DNA from: Octopus sinensis
Lineage: Eukaryota
Direction: 5' to 3'
DNA length: 50,254 nt
Assembly (NCBI RefSeq): GCF_006345805.1
Contig: NW_021835780.1
Span: 1-50,254 of the forward strand
Made by a program: the position numbers and the translations under genes. Of this stretch, positions 12,096-25,769 are shown piece by piece; position 1 is the first letter of the stretch, and the number at the start of each line of letters is the position of its first letter. The notes under the pieces are model-generated. The model searched no databases and had not been told where the DNA came from. It saw nothing but the letters and a program-made list of their open reading frames with translations.

Positions 12096-12137
12096 CCTAG
12101 TAATAATCCTAGTAATAATAATGATAATATAAATACA

Positions 12138-12520
12138 TTTTCCCTCTCTGTAGTCACTACTTATAACACAACGTAGTTTACAGACATCCTGTTTACATTC
12201 AGCACCAGAATTCGACTAAAATATACATCTGGTCTTCTACTGATTTTAAGAGACGATATTTGGCTCATATTAAGTCATTTTTCTAATATTAAGCGAAGAT
12301 CATCCACTGCATTAGCAAATTCTATCCACACTTACGCTCAGATCATTTCCTATGAGATAATCTAGTCTACGACTAAGTCTGAAATATCTTATCAATGTGG
12401 CCACACTACATGCAGTTTGTGCAACTGGGAATCTTTGAGAATATGATGAGAAAATTGGAAATATCTCCTTAAAATACAACTTTCTGTCGGCGTCGTTTAA
12501 AACGTTTCCTTTTTTCCACA
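12138..12520 (+). pseudogene. Decayed Penelope-like GIY-YIG endonuclease domain
   Basis: HNVVYR...KIYIWSSTDFKRRYLAHIKSF/...STALANSI...YQCGHTTCSLCNWE...CRRRLKRFLF resembles the Penelope pattern VVY..YIG..FK.R...H..SF..ST.LS..C.LC..E..CRH. Confidence 0.7.
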
Positions 12521-14077
12521 AATCAATATATTTCACCCTTCGCCTGTTTTACTCGGCAGAGTTATAATATATCTTGATCTTCAAATATATTAAACTATAA
12601 ATTATATTTGTATTTATATATCATTCATCGATTAATAACCCCACCCCCACCCATCCTTACCCTATTTAAGCATTTATTTTTTCTTCCCTTCGTTTCTTTC
12701 TTTTTGCTCCATACTCTATTATTTCATCTCTTGTTCTACATTATATGATTCTTTACTTTTACCACGCCTCCTGTTCTGTGTATTCTGCTGACTTGGATAT
12801 TTATACTGCCTTACGACTGCCAAAGGAGGCCTAAATTGTATATTTCGTTCTTTTATATTTTTTAATGAACTCTGCTAGATACTCCAGCCTTATTCTGTTC
12901 TCTTCAAATTTTGATTTATAACATGCCTCGACTTGTCTAATTATTTATAATTGATTATTGCCCTTTAACCTTTATTTTCTTTCTCTTTTTTCGTTTTTCT
13001 TTTTCTAGCTCTTTCTTTGTTCTATCCGTTTCCCCCTTCTACGCTTCGTCTCTCACTTTTCATACATCTTATCACTCTAAATCACACAACATTTCTTACG
13101 TCTCTTTTTCTACCCCAGCATCAATAACCCTAATTTTGTCCGTCTTTTATTGAAGTCTCCATACGCTTAAATGCCAATCTAACGTTAGACGAATCACATT
13201 CTATCACTCTTTCTTTTGATAAAGCGGTCGGGTTTTAATTTGGAGATTTCTCCTGTTAAGTGGTTTTACACTGTGACGTATACATACATATATTCGTGCC
13301 AGCAAACACACACACACACACATACACACACAACATACATATACATAGATATATATGAATATGTGCGCATGTCTGTGTGTATATATTTGAATATATATAT
13401 ATATATGAACACATATACGTGTGTATATGTACAAAAATGTCTGTGTGTGTAAGTGTGTAAGTGTGTGTATAAAGAACATGAACTATATGACTACAGATCA
13501 ATGAATATAAACTTCATTAACTTGCCGACTGTTTGATTGCTTGATCGAATGGTTAAATGATTAATGGGTAAATAAATCTACAGACAACTGAATGAATTAC
13601 TATACACAAAGTGTAGTTAAAGAGATATACGCTCACTGCGTATCGTATCACAAGCTTATACCACCATCCCCAGCCATTCAGTAATCGAACATGATGTTTA
13701 GCAATCAATATTTACTTCCAGGCATTTATTTGTCATCGATGTTCTCGATGAGCAAATTTTAACTGATTTTTAATAGACACTACAGCTTAAAATTAATCGG
13801 GAAATATAGACATCTAATAATTTTCATAACCGGTTGTTAACTGATTAATTGATTGTTTAGAAATCTGACGGTGTTAAATGACAAAGGAAATATACAAATA
13901 AATATTCTTCGCAAAATTTATTCCGTATCACAAATTATTTCATTTATTGTATAGTTATTATCAAGAAAATAGGAACGAAAAGTTGTTCCTAATTTGTCTT
14001 ACATTTGTTATGTAGGCCTTATGGTATGTAGTTAATGTTTCCAACGTTTGGCTCGTAACACAATTGTAAACTAAATT

Positions 14078-15600
14078 TAATTATTATTTTCAAAATAATC
14101 TTTCCAAAGGAATGTGTTCATTGCTATATCAGATGAAGTTGATCTTGGTTTAGTTATGAATAAATCAGATGGCAAGATATATAGAAAAAACTGTACAAAT
14201 CTATGCTAGTTGTAAAAATAACATTATTGGCTTTTTTTGTCAACATAAAATCGTATAGTTTTCAATATTTTCACTCATAATGATTCTAATTCAAAAAAGG
14301 CTTTTTATTAATTTGTAGTACAGTTAATTTTAATACATTTGCTTCAGTTTGGATTTTAGATTTAATCTGATAATCATATATTCTTTTGAAGGTTGGACTC
14401 CTTCATTTTCCATGCGATCATGTGAGATGGTTCTCAACTCTCAACCCTTCCCCTTTATTTTCAGATTCCTGAGACTCATTGCATAATGATTTAAGCATTT
14501 ACACTCCACAACTTTTTCATCATTTACTTTGCATAATGCTGGAAAATACTAGTAAAATGTTGCAACAATTTTGAGTTAAGAAGAAATGACGCACGAGTAA
14601 TAGTTTCTCTTTTTTTATTCCTTGAAGAATATTGTTCTCAAAGACGCTGATAACAAATTCGTTTTTACTTCTTAAAGAATATTGTTCCAAAAGACACAGG
14701 TATAATTAAATGGCAAGTTTCTTCTAAATCTTTATTTTTGCCAACAAAAACTGGATCGAGGATTCAGCCTCCAGTAATTTTGTTCGCTCACAACGCAAAT
14801 GTTTTAAGAATTTTCAGTGGGGCGATGGTTATACATAAGAATTTGTAGATTATTCCATTCGGCTTCTAATACTTTGTCTGTGGAAACAACCACTCTTGGG
14901 GCCCTAGAGATGGACTTTTTTTCATCATCATCGTCGTCGTTTAACGTCCGATTTCCATGCTGGCGTGGTTTGGACGGTTTGACTAAGGACTGGCAAGCCA
15001 GAAGGCTGCGCCAGGCTCCAATCTGATCTGGCAATGTTTCTACAGCTGGCTGCCCTTCAATCAAAGTTAAAATAGTATTCCTGGTGAGAGGTTAACAATT
15101 AAGTAAAATCTCCAATTCCTTTTCCAGTGCATGCTTTATAAAACTTCGTCATTTTTTAAGGGACTGTCGTGAAAGATTTCGCATATTTTTCTTTCTAGAT
15201 TATTGCTTTGTTAATTTTCTTGAATCTCTAGGGAAGATTCAATTTTATTTTTATCTTCGAAAATTACTTGAAATTGCTTGATAAGTCAAGGTCTTCTTAA
15301 TTTTCATTAACTAAAGCTTCTTCCTCCTCGCTGCATTCTTCAACTATAACCTTGGTCTTATTTTAAAATACAGCACATCAAAAACAACTAAATGAACAGC
15401 GTGAGCAACGAATTACTAATGAAAGGGTATAACTTCTTTCAAAAATTTTACGATCGGTGAAGCTCCATTTGTGGTGTAATCAATTATATGCCAACTTAAT
15501 TCAAAACCAAATTCTTCTAATCCCTCAGAGATCACTTCGGCAATTCCAACTGATGGGCTAGTAATTCCTGTTCAATTAAGCTCGATGGACCAATGCTAAT
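14078..15600 (-). pseudogene. Decayed hAT-superfamily transposase
   Basis: Minus strand LEEFGFELSWHIIDYTTNGAS...AHAVHLVVFDVLY, KICEIFHDSPLKNDEVL, EKELEILLNC, EAEWNNL, C-terminal LFITKPRSTSSD..KDYF*; resembles hAT TTDGAS, CxxH, DCxTRWNS and dimerisation regions; many stops. Confidence 0.7.
14920..15058 (-). mobile_element. Short retroposed insertion (LINE/SINE 3' end with (GAT)n tail) inside the hAT relic
   Basis: GC-richer 140-bp block ending in (GAC/GAT)n on the minus strand; hAT similarity resumes on both sides. Confidence 0.55.
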
Positions 15601-15997
15601 ATTTTTTCTTTTATTCTACAATCTGTTTTCAGCGTGTGTTTAAAAAAGCTAACCCCTAAATAGATTTGATTTTTAAAAGATGAGCACAATTTGTCTCCCT
15701 TTTCAGCATCATATTTCTGTCATTCATAGAATCGGTGGGAGGGGTCCAATCAGAAATGTTCTTTTTTTTTCTTTAACTGTCATTTTTGAATAAACGAGCC
15801 ATTACCAATTTCGTTAATGCTGGCTAATTTTCTGGAATAGAAAGACATGGCAAATATTGGCGCAAAATTCTATGCCTTTAAGCCACTTCTACGACTGCAC
15901 AGAAAGCAATGTATATACATTGCTTTGTATCGTTTTGTAATTCTCATGTTTGTAAATCTATATGTGTGTATATATACGGGTGTGGTGTATATATATA

Positions 15998-16028
<31 letters not shown>

Positions 16029-16029
16029 C

Positions 16030-16265
16030 ATACAAATGAGAAGGATGACCATTATGTGGACAATCCTAACGCTAGAAGTAGATCCGCTATGGTCTTACCA
16101 CTAAGAAATGTTCTTAAGAAAAATTTAGCAAACACCAGAACGTAAGCGCTTACGTTCTGGTGTTTGCTAAAAATTTCTTAAGAACAGTTCTTAGTGGTAA
16201 GACCATAGCGGATCTACTTCTAGCATTAGGATTGTCCACATAGAGGTCATCCCTCTCATTTGTAT
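16030..16265. repeat. Near-perfect 236-bp palindrome with no spacer
   Basis: Symmetry axis AAGC|GCTT at 16147/16148; 118-bp arms with few mismatches. Confidence 0.95.
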
Positions 16266-16615
16266 ACAATACAGTTTACTGAACCTTCAGATTTTATATG
16301 CTAGACCACTGTTGTTAAATTTATGTTAATTTAATTTAATATCCAATTTCTCATCCTCATTTTGTATATTTATATATATATACATACATACATATATACA
16401 TACATACGTACATACATACATACACACAACGATATACATGAATATAAGATGGTACGCTGGGGACTTATTTCCCTTTGTCAGTCATTAAGACAGGGATTTT
16501 GTTATTTTCGGTCATACCTTTGGCAAAATCAGTGCTAGTCAGAGCCCACGTCACTTTTGTGATCTCTATAAATTTTAGGTTCTAATTATTAATAAGCCAT
16601 CCTTTTTAAATTGTT

Positions 16616-16669
<54 letters not shown>

Positions 16670-16671
16670 AT

Positions 16672-16925
16672 ATAATATTGTCCAAGGCTCTCGAAGCTCG
16701 TAGTAGATAAAACAGGGCAACTGATGAAGGGAATGTTCTTTATGTTCTCTGTCCTCATGTCTCTATTTCTTTCGTTGTTCGAAAAAAAGTGGTTTTCCAT
16801 GGTTTTTTTTTTTCTTTTTTCATATTCTTGTTTTTCATGTTCACGTTTTTTTGAGGTCCTGTACCCAATATATGCATGTGTATACACATATATATGTAGA
16901 TATGTACATATATGTATGTATATTT

Positions 16926-16960
<35 letters not shown>

Positions 16961-17743
16961 CACAGGAGTGGATGGGTTCAGTCCCACTTCGTGGCACGTT
17001 GGCCAAATGTCTTCCGACCAAAGCCTTTTGAGTGGATTTTGTTCACGGAAACTGAAAGAGGTCCGGTATGTGTGTGTATGTATGTGTCAGTGTTTGTCCC
17101 CAAACATCGCTTGACAGCCGATGGTGATGTGTTTACGTCCCTGTACCTTAGCGGTTCGACAAAAGAGTCCGACAGAATAAGTAGTAGGCTTATAAAGAAT
17201 AAGTCTTGGGGTTGATTTTCTCGACTAAAGGCGGTGTTCCACCATGGCTGCAGTCAGCTGACTGAAACAAGTAAAAGGAATAAAAGAATTAAAAAATATG
17301 TATATATGTATTATATATATGTATTGGTTACGTGTATGTAACTTAGAATAACCTTTCTAAGTTATTCTAAGTTATTCTAAGTTACACACATAACCATATA
17401 CATACATATATATATATACATATATACATATTTTATTCTTTGTATGTATATATTATATATATATATATAATATATTATATATATATATATATATTGTCAA
17501 AGCGCTAGAAGTCGCTCGAGTCGTAGTAGATAAAACAGGGGACAACTGATGAAGGGAATGTTCTTTATGTTCTCTGTCTCATGTCTCTATTTCTTTCGTT
17601 GTTCGAAAAAAAGTGGTTTTCCATGGTTTTTTTTTTGTTTTCATATTCTTGTTTTTCATGTTCACGTTTTTTGAGGTCCTGTACCCAATTAGCATGTGTA
17701 TACAAATAATATGTAGATATGTACATATATGTATGTATATTTG

Positions 17744-17797
<54 letters not shown>

Positions 17798-18330
17798 GAT
17801 ATATATATATATAAGCACAGGAGTGGATGGGTTCAGTCCCACTTCGTGGCACGTTGGCCAAATGTCTTCCGACCAAAGCCTTTTGAGTGGATTTTGTTCA
17901 CGGAAACTGAAAGAGGTCCGGTAGGGTATGTGTGTGTATGTATGTGTCAGTGTTTGTCCCCAAACATCGCTTGACAGCCGATGTGATGTGTTACGTCCTG
18001 TACCTTAGCGGTTCGACAAAAGAGTCCGACAGAGAATAAGTAGGGGCTTATAAAGAATAAGTCTTGGGGTTGATTTTCTCGACTAAAGGCGGTGTTCCAC
18101 CATGGCTGCAGTCAGCTGACTGAAACAAGTAAAAGGAAAAAAGAATTAAAAAATATGTATATATGTATATATATATATGTATATGGTTACGTGTATGTAA
18201 CTTAGAATAACCTTTCTAAGTTATTCTAAGTTATTCTAAGTTACATACACATAACCATATACATACATATATATATATACATATATACATATTTTTTATT
18301 CTTTGTATGTATATATATGTATATATATAT
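16672..18330 (+). repeat. Tandem duplication of an ~855-bp composite unit (unknown repeat, SINE B, ~130-bp fold-back)
   Basis: SINE start AAGCACAGGAGTGGATGG at 16958 and 17813; both copies share the same SINE deletions; differences are mostly 1-2 bp indels. Confidence 0.9.
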
Positions 18331-18331
18331 A

Positions 18332-18362
<31 letters not shown>

Positions 18363-18517
18363 TCTCTTAGAGAGATTTTAGAACTCTATATATATGTATA
18401 CATAATTCATACATACATGCAGCCATATGCATAAATATATGTACGTAAATATATATATATATATACGTACATGCAAACATAAATGCAACCATATACATAA
18501 ATACTTGTACGCATATA

Positions 18518-18548
<31 letters not shown>

Positions 18549-18892
18549 TGTGTCCGTGCATATAAGCTATAAAGAGTGGGGTGGTATGTAAGGTGAATGC
18601 ATCTTTCACTTCTTATCCTTTTACACCCTTCATCATGTAATAATGTAATAATGATTTCCGTGTCCAATAAACTTATTTTAAATATCTGCCCTACTATGTC
18701 TGCTACGGATTGTACAAAACAATTGTATATTCGTAAATCAATGCAAATAAAACAAAGCTAGCTCATCTGATCAGCAGAACATCGTAGTTACACAAATTCT
18801 TCATCTCTAAGTATACATAAACAATTTTCCCCTCCTATATATATATACAGTGTATAAAAGACCGATACTAGATAAAATTTGCTTGGTGTTCT

Positions 18893-19115
18893 TTTTTGCA
18901 TTCTGTTACTTGCATTAGTCATCTTGACTGCGGCCTTGCTGGAGCACCGCCTATAGTCGAACAGATCGACCCGAGGACTTATTCTTTCTAAGCCTAGCAC
19001 TTATTCTATCGGTCATTTCTGCCGAAACGCTTAGTTGCGGGGACGTAAACACACCACCAACTGTTGTCAAGCGATGGTGGGGGACCAACACAAGACACAC
19101 AAACATACACATGCT

Positions 19116-19193
<78 letters not shown>

Positions 19194-19402
19194 TATAATA
19201 TGTGTGTGTGTGTGTGTGTGTGTATGTGTGTATACGACGGGCTCTTTCAGTTTCTGTCTACTAGGTCCAAATCCACTCACAAAGCTTTGGTTGGCTCGAC
19301 GCTATAGTAGAAGACACTTGCCCAAGGTGCCACGCAGTAGGACTGAACCCAGAACCATGTGGTTGGGAAGCAGGCTTCTTACCACACAGCTACGCCTGCG
19401 CC
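18893..19402 (-). mobile_element. SINE family B, full length
   Basis: Reverse complement colinear with 5615-6030. Confidence 0.9.
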
Positions 19403-19653
19403 TATTGGATTAAACATTTATTATAAAGTAAATATAAATTATAAATACATTTACTTCTCGTCTCTCCTGATTTTTATGGTTTATATGCTCCGCATGAAAT
19501 ACTTTCACGGATTGGATCTCCTGGATTTCAGCTGCATAGCACTATTTTATGCTTCTCCGTATTTGATTACTCTGCGCTCTGATAGCCAAGTCCGTTAGAG
19601 GAGCTTCCTTGATAGCCACAATATTGTATGAATTCCTGTACGGCGCTACAATA

Positions 19654-19740
<87 letters not shown>

Positions 19741-19929
19741 GTATATGTATATATATATATATAATAAAATATATATATATATATATTTTTCAGTAAAAAC
19801 AATTAAGATTCAAGTGAGTTCCAATGAATTCACATGAATGCGGTACTTAACTTAGATGCACCAGAAATATATGGTATTAACCATAAAATAATGTGGGGTG
19901 ATTATAAACAAGAAAAAAACTTTTTTCTT

Positions 19930-19967
<38 letters not shown>

Positions 19968-20026
19968 TATCTTCGTATGTATGTATATATATATATGCAT
20001 GTATGCATGTAGATAGATAGATATAC

Positions 20027-20172
20027 ACGATGAGCTTCTTTCAGTTTCCGTTTACCAACTCAACTCACTAGACCTTAGACTATAGATGAAGACTCTTGCC
20101 CACGGTGTCCCGCAATGGAACAGAACCAGGAACTATGTGGTGTGGATGCAAATTTCTTCTCACAAAACCACA
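20027..20172 (-). mobile_element. SINE family B, degenerate 5' half
   Basis: CTTCTTTCAGTTTCCGTTTACCAA...GAAGACTCTTGCCC...GGAACAGAACC matches family head and body. Confidence 0.7.
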
Positions 20173-20272
20173 TGTGTGTATTTACATTATATATGTATAT
20201 ATGCACACACACATACACACATTGATTATTGTTCACCCAGTGACTATTGTTTTATCCTTCTCTTTTATATAC

Positions 20273-20326
<54 letters not shown>

Positions 20327-20366
20327 GTGAGTGTGTGTGTTACTGTGTGTATACACACACATACAT

Positions 20367-20397
<31 letters not shown>

Positions 20398-20438
20398 CAT
20401 ACATACATTTATATACATATATATGTATTAATATATAT

Positions 20439-20485
<47 letters not shown>

Positions 20486-21351
20486 TAGATAGATAGATAG
20501 ACGGACAGATAGATAGATAGGTATGTATTTATGTATGTATGTATTTATGTATGTATATATGTATGTATGTATGTTTATCGTCATATATGCGGATGAATAT
20601 TCAATGACAAGACTATCTCAAAGCTAAACGCCATCCAAATATACGGTAAAACAAAACTATTTGTTGACGGCCAACATTAATTTTCATCGTCAAATAATGG
20701 AGACAACACCGGATGTGTGCTGTTTCTGTTGAACCGGAAATGGAGGCCCACAATAATTTGCCCAAGTTTTAGCAATTGGATCTTTGAAAAACTATAGAAA
20801 ATTCTTTATTTGTTAGAGTCCAGGTATTTCTGAAAAATTGAATAATTCTGAGATGCCATCTGCGTCAAAATTTATACACAAGCACAGATATAAACGCACA
20901 TATATACACACTGATATCCATACGCATAGACATATATACGTTTCGTTTAATTATGTCGCTGTTGAGCTTACATAAATGAACTCTATCTCTCTATCTATTT
21001 ATTTTCTCTCTCTCTCCCCTCTTTCCTCTGTTTATCTTTATCTTTTTCTTTTGGTTTCTGTCCTTGTTTCGTATTTTCCATTCTCACTTCTCTCTCTTTT
21101 TCTCTCTCTCTTACTCTCTCCCACCGTCTATGTGTATCTCTCTCTTACTTTGGTTTCTCTCTCTTGCTTTTGTCTCTCTTTCTTTTCTTTCTCTCGCTCA
21201 CATCTTTTCTCTGTCTCTCTCACCTCTTAATTTTTCTTCACGTTTCTGTTTCTTATTTTTCTCCCTCCCTCCTTCCCTTCTTTTCTCTCTCTCTCTCTCT
21301 CTCTTTCTATCTCTTTCTCTCTCTTCTACACACTCTCTCTTTCTCTCTGTC

Positions 21352-21392
<41 letters not shown>

Positions 21393-21764
21393 CGCTCTGA
21401 TTACACTCTGGTCTATCGCAAGAGGCTTTTCTAATTAGAAAAATAGTGAACCCAGCTGCACCATATGCCAGTGAAATACTCGTTAGTTCACAACACTGTC
21501 ACTGCTTACTTAAAGTTAAATGGACTATACTACATTGTAGCACCCAGTCTCTTCACGGTAAACAGTAACATTCTTTTATTACCAACAAATCGTGGCGCAG
21601 ATTGTACAACCGTGTCGTATCCCATTGGTTCAACGTAGATTGCACCTCACATTCTACTTACATAATCCTAGGTGTACCAAATCACAACATAGTGCTTACT
21701 TACATTAATCGGCTTATATTTAGATGTACTTGTAAAGGCGCATAGCTCAGTTGTTATATACATG

Positions 21765-21992
21765 TGTGTGTATGTGTGTGTGTGTGTGTGTTTGTCCCCG
21801 CCCACGCCATCGCTTGACAACTGATGCTGGTATGTTTACGCCCCGTAACTTAGCGGTTCAGCAAAAAAGATCGATAGAATAAGTACTAGGCTTCCAAAGA
21901 ATAAGTCCTGGGGTCGATTTGCTCGACTAAAGGCGGTGCTCTAGTATGGCCGCTGTCAAATGACTGAAACAAGTAAAAGAGAGTAAAGAGAG
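21765..21992 (+). mobile_element. SINE family B, 3' half
   Basis: TTTGTCCCC...CGCTTGACAAC...GGCGGTGCTCTAGTATGGCCGC..TGACTGAAACAAGTAAAAGAG. Confidence 0.85.
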
Positions 21993-22009
21993 TATAGAGA
22001 ACTATTAGA

Positions 22010-22185
22010 GCATTGGTATCTCTTCTGGTTCTTTACATTGTGAGATCAAATACCGCCGAGGTCAAATCCCACTTTCATCAAACAGGGCTCAATAACGTAA
22101 GGTAGCATCGAGTACTGGGGTCAAGGGTTTACCACTTAAACCCCAACCCGCAAAATTGCTGGTTTTGTGTCTGATTCAGAAACCT
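22010..22185 (+). mobile_element. SINE family A, degenerate
   Basis: GAGATCAAATACCGCCGAGGTCAA...CTTTCATC...TACTGGGGTC...AAAATTGCTGG similar to units at 345-955. Confidence 0.55.
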
Positions 22186-23000
22186 TAATATTTCTTTTCT
22201 CCTCCGAGAGTTCCATGCAAGTCTACCTTGGATTCGTGGAGGATTGAACAGTAAAAACAATCCCTATTAGAGCAGGTGCTTTGAGAACGGCATGAACCCA
22301 TGCAGGCAGATATATATAACCCAGAACGCAAGACTTTGTAACATTCATGACGGACATGTAGCAATGATTATTTGCTTTGTTATATATATACAGAATATTG
22401 CACTGCTATTTTCTTTACTTGTGTATGGCCTTGTACATTTGTATAGCAAGTGTGACTGTGTAAGATCTGGTGCATCTGCTGTGATTTTATAATTTGGAAA
22501 AGTCATTCCGTGCCTAACTAGCGAAATATCACAGAAATTTCACCGAGGTCTAATGTACTGTGACACTTGCTGCGGTATGTGACCTACGGGGTGAAACAGT
22601 GCTAGGTAACCAAGCAGTGAATTATTCCGGTCGAGAGATCCCTAATTATCACAGTTTCCAGTATAGTTCATATGAAGCTAATTATATGTATATGTGTGTC
22701 TGTGCGTGTATGCATAGGTATATATATATATACATGTGTGTATGTGTATGTATGCATTATGTAAGTGTGTAAACCAAACACTTTAACAGCTCACTGCGAT
22801 TAATAGACACGCACACACACATGCATGCGCACTCACGCGCACGCGTGCACCACATACACACACAATACACTCATATATACATACATATGTATGTATCTAT
22901 ACATTTGTATGTGTGTCCGTGTGTCTGTCTGTGTGCGTCTGTGTGTGTGTCAGTGTGTGTGTATGTGTGCGTGTCTGTGAGTGTATGTGTTTGCGTGTTT

Positions 23001-23237
23001 GGAGACTTGTGGCTTAGTGGTTACATGTGTTGGACTGATGATTGTAGGGCTGTGGTTTCGATTCCTATACTGGGCAATGCATTGTGTTCTTGAGCAAAAT
23101 ACTTCATTTCACTTTGCTCAGCTGGCAGAAAGGAATAATCTTGCGACGGACCGGCGCCCCATCCTGATGGGGATATATATACGCCTTTGAAACCGGGAAA
23201 CCGGCCCCCATGAGCCTGGTATGACTCGAGAAGGAAT
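23001..23237 (+). mobile_element. tRNA-derived SINE with CORE-like centre (family E)
   Basis: A box TGGCTTAGTGG, B box GTTTCGATTCC, then TTGTGTTCTTGAGCAAAATACTTCATTTCAC as in 49929-50250 but a different tail. Confidence 0.65.
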
Positions 23238-24051
23238 TTTTTATCATATATATATAAGAAAACTCCATCCCTCAAAATTGCTGGGCTCGTGTCTCATTCA
23301 GATACCTTAATATTTTATCTCCTTCTAGAGTTCTACGCAAGTCTACGGAAAACGTCTACGGAAAGAGGATCAGAGAAACTGTAAACCAAATTCCTTTTTT
23401 TTACTATTTTCAATTCATACTTGTTTTTCTTTTTTCAGTATGACTTGTCGACCATCACTAAAATTACTGAACTTCGTACATTCCAATATATTGATATACA
23501 GTTTTGATTTTATTGACTGCTATGAACTTACAATTGTCCTCCTAATTCATAATGCCAAATTTATCTATTTTGAACATGGTAGTTAAACATTTTAATTTGT
23601 CAACACTGAAACTTTTAAACATAATTTTCTAATTCATAATTTTAAACGTTAAACAAAAAATATTGTTGAAACTAGTTTGGTGTATATATGTAAATAAATG
23701 TATTTTAAACATATACGAGTTTTTGAATTAAGGTGCATTTTCCACACACCCATTTTCCTATTATGTATGTATATATATATATATAATATATATAATATAT
23801 ATGTGTGTGTGTGTGTGTTGTGTGGTTGTGTATGTGCCTGTCCTGTCTGTGTGCATCTGTGTGGTGTGTCATTTCTATGTATGTATATTATTTTGTATTG
23901 TATTTATGTACATATATATTTTGCAGAATGCAAATATTATAATTTAAAACTCAAACGAAAAGACCGTAAGGACTGTAGATAGATTTATTTCTGTAGTTTC
24001 AGCTCAGGGCTGCGGTCATGCTGATGCACCGCCGTTAAAAAGTACGATTGA

Positions 24052-24204
24052 TAGCAGGGGTTCGCCACCAACCCCTGCCGGAACCTCGTGGAGCTTTTAG
24101 ATATTTTCGCTCAATAAACACTCACAATGCCCGATCTGGGAATCGAAACTGCGATCCCACGGCCGCGAGTTCGCTGCCCTAATCATTGATCCATTGCGCC
24201 TCCA
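24052..24204 (-). mobile_element. SINE family C, 5' part
   Basis: Matches 45345-45495. Confidence 0.85.
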
Positions 24205-25365
24205 CTAGATAGCTATGTATATTATAATAAAAGTTGGTCGTCAACATCTGATTATATATACATACATATAGTTAAACACAATGAAACGAACAATTATACT
24301 TTCTTTAATTGGGTTGTGCACATTTCGGACAGATTGACCAGTTCCAAAATTCTCCTGTGCAATAATTATGCATAATGTTTGACTCTATATTTGATCGCTT
24401 AAGACTCTACAGAAAAATAGAAGTTAGACACCTTACTACCCTTATCAATGATGACATTTTAAGGGAGAAAGATAGACGTAAATCTAACAATACTTGTCCA
24501 GCGTAAGGAGTAAGAGTGTATCTCAAGAGGCCTACTCAGGAACTGTATTTCTCAGATCATGCTAGAATTCTTACTTAGTTTCTGTGGACTTGATGAATGT
24601 TGATGGCAAAATTCCTGTCCCATTTAAACTATTACTTACCAGTTCAGGTGGATGGCCACAATGTCCTTCGTGTCATTATTAATTAATAAATGATTAACTT
24701 AAAACCAATTCGAATACACAGAGGAGGTATGTACAAGCAAGCTATTCTGTAGATAATTATTTAGGACACGAAGCAAAAGTCGTTTCGTCAGTATTAACTG
24801 CAAATATAAGCTATGAGTAGAAGACAGATTGAGTTAATAAGAATTCAAAAAGAAAAGTATATTATTCACTAAAGAAGATACTCTATTTCAACAAATCATT
24901 TTCCTTTACAGAATAAATATTTAATCATTTTGGTAAAATAAAAATACATAATTGTAGCATAATTGATTAAGATAAACAAAGATTTAAAAATGAATTAAAA
25001 GTAAATAAAAAATATAGGGTACAAAAAATTATTAAAATTTGTTTTTTAATAACAATTAAACAATCTAAATACAGAATTTTAAAAATTCAAAGAAGACGAA
25101 GAAGAAGAAGAAGAAGAAGAAGAAGAAGAAGAAGAAGAAGAAGAAGAAGAAGAAGAAGAAGAAGAAGAAGAAGAAGAAGAAGAAGAAGAAGAAGAAGAAT
25201 GAGAAGAACTGCAATAATAATAACGATAACTCATTGATGATAATAACTATAATGATAATACTAATATTTAGAAAATTAAGATCACAAAAATAATTAAATT
25301 TAAAAATTAAACAATAGAATATCCACTAAATAATTATGGTTATGTTAAATATATATTTTTTCATT

Positions 25366-25584
25366 GCACACAGGGGGCTAAACACAGAGGGAATACACTA
25401 GGACAGACAAAGGGATTAAGTCGATTACATTGATCCAAGTGTGTAACTGGTACTTATTTAATCGACCCCGAAAGGATGAAAGACAAAGTCGACCTCGGCG
25501 GAATGTGAACTCAGAACGTAACGGCAGAAGAAATACCGATAAATCTTTCGCCTGGCGTGCTAACGATTCTGCCAGCTCGCCGCC
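25366..25584 (-). mobile_element. SINE family A, full length, alternative tail
   Basis: Reverse complement GGCGGCGAGCTGGCAGAATCGTTAGCACGCC...CTTTCATCCTTTCGGGGTCG...TGTCTGTCCT..TGTGTTTAGCCCC. Confidence 0.9.
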
Positions 25585-25769
25585 ATATTTATGTTAAATA
25601 TACAAAATATACCGGACCGAGAAAGGCAGTATGCCAGTTTAAGTAATGGAGCGGTTCTAAAAGCCCTTCTAAGTAACATTAATTTATTTCTATTTATTTG
25701 AGATCTTAGATTTGGATGAAAGGACATGAAGCGCCTTCTTGAGGTGGAAGTAGCATTTTAGTTTCCCTC

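Larger units (their letters stand above)
6936..12125. repeat. Large (AAT/AAC)n microsatellite field interrupted by retroelement insertions
   Basis: Direct reading; (AAT)n blocks separate every element fragment; ends in (AGT)n. Confidence 0.95.

Noticed and set aside
16715-16760. CTGATGA suggesting a hammerhead (also at ~17546)
   Set aside because: No GAAA after a helix II and no helix III
19460-19630. Minus-strand exon candidate with AG/GT boundaries
   Set aside because: Stops in all three frames
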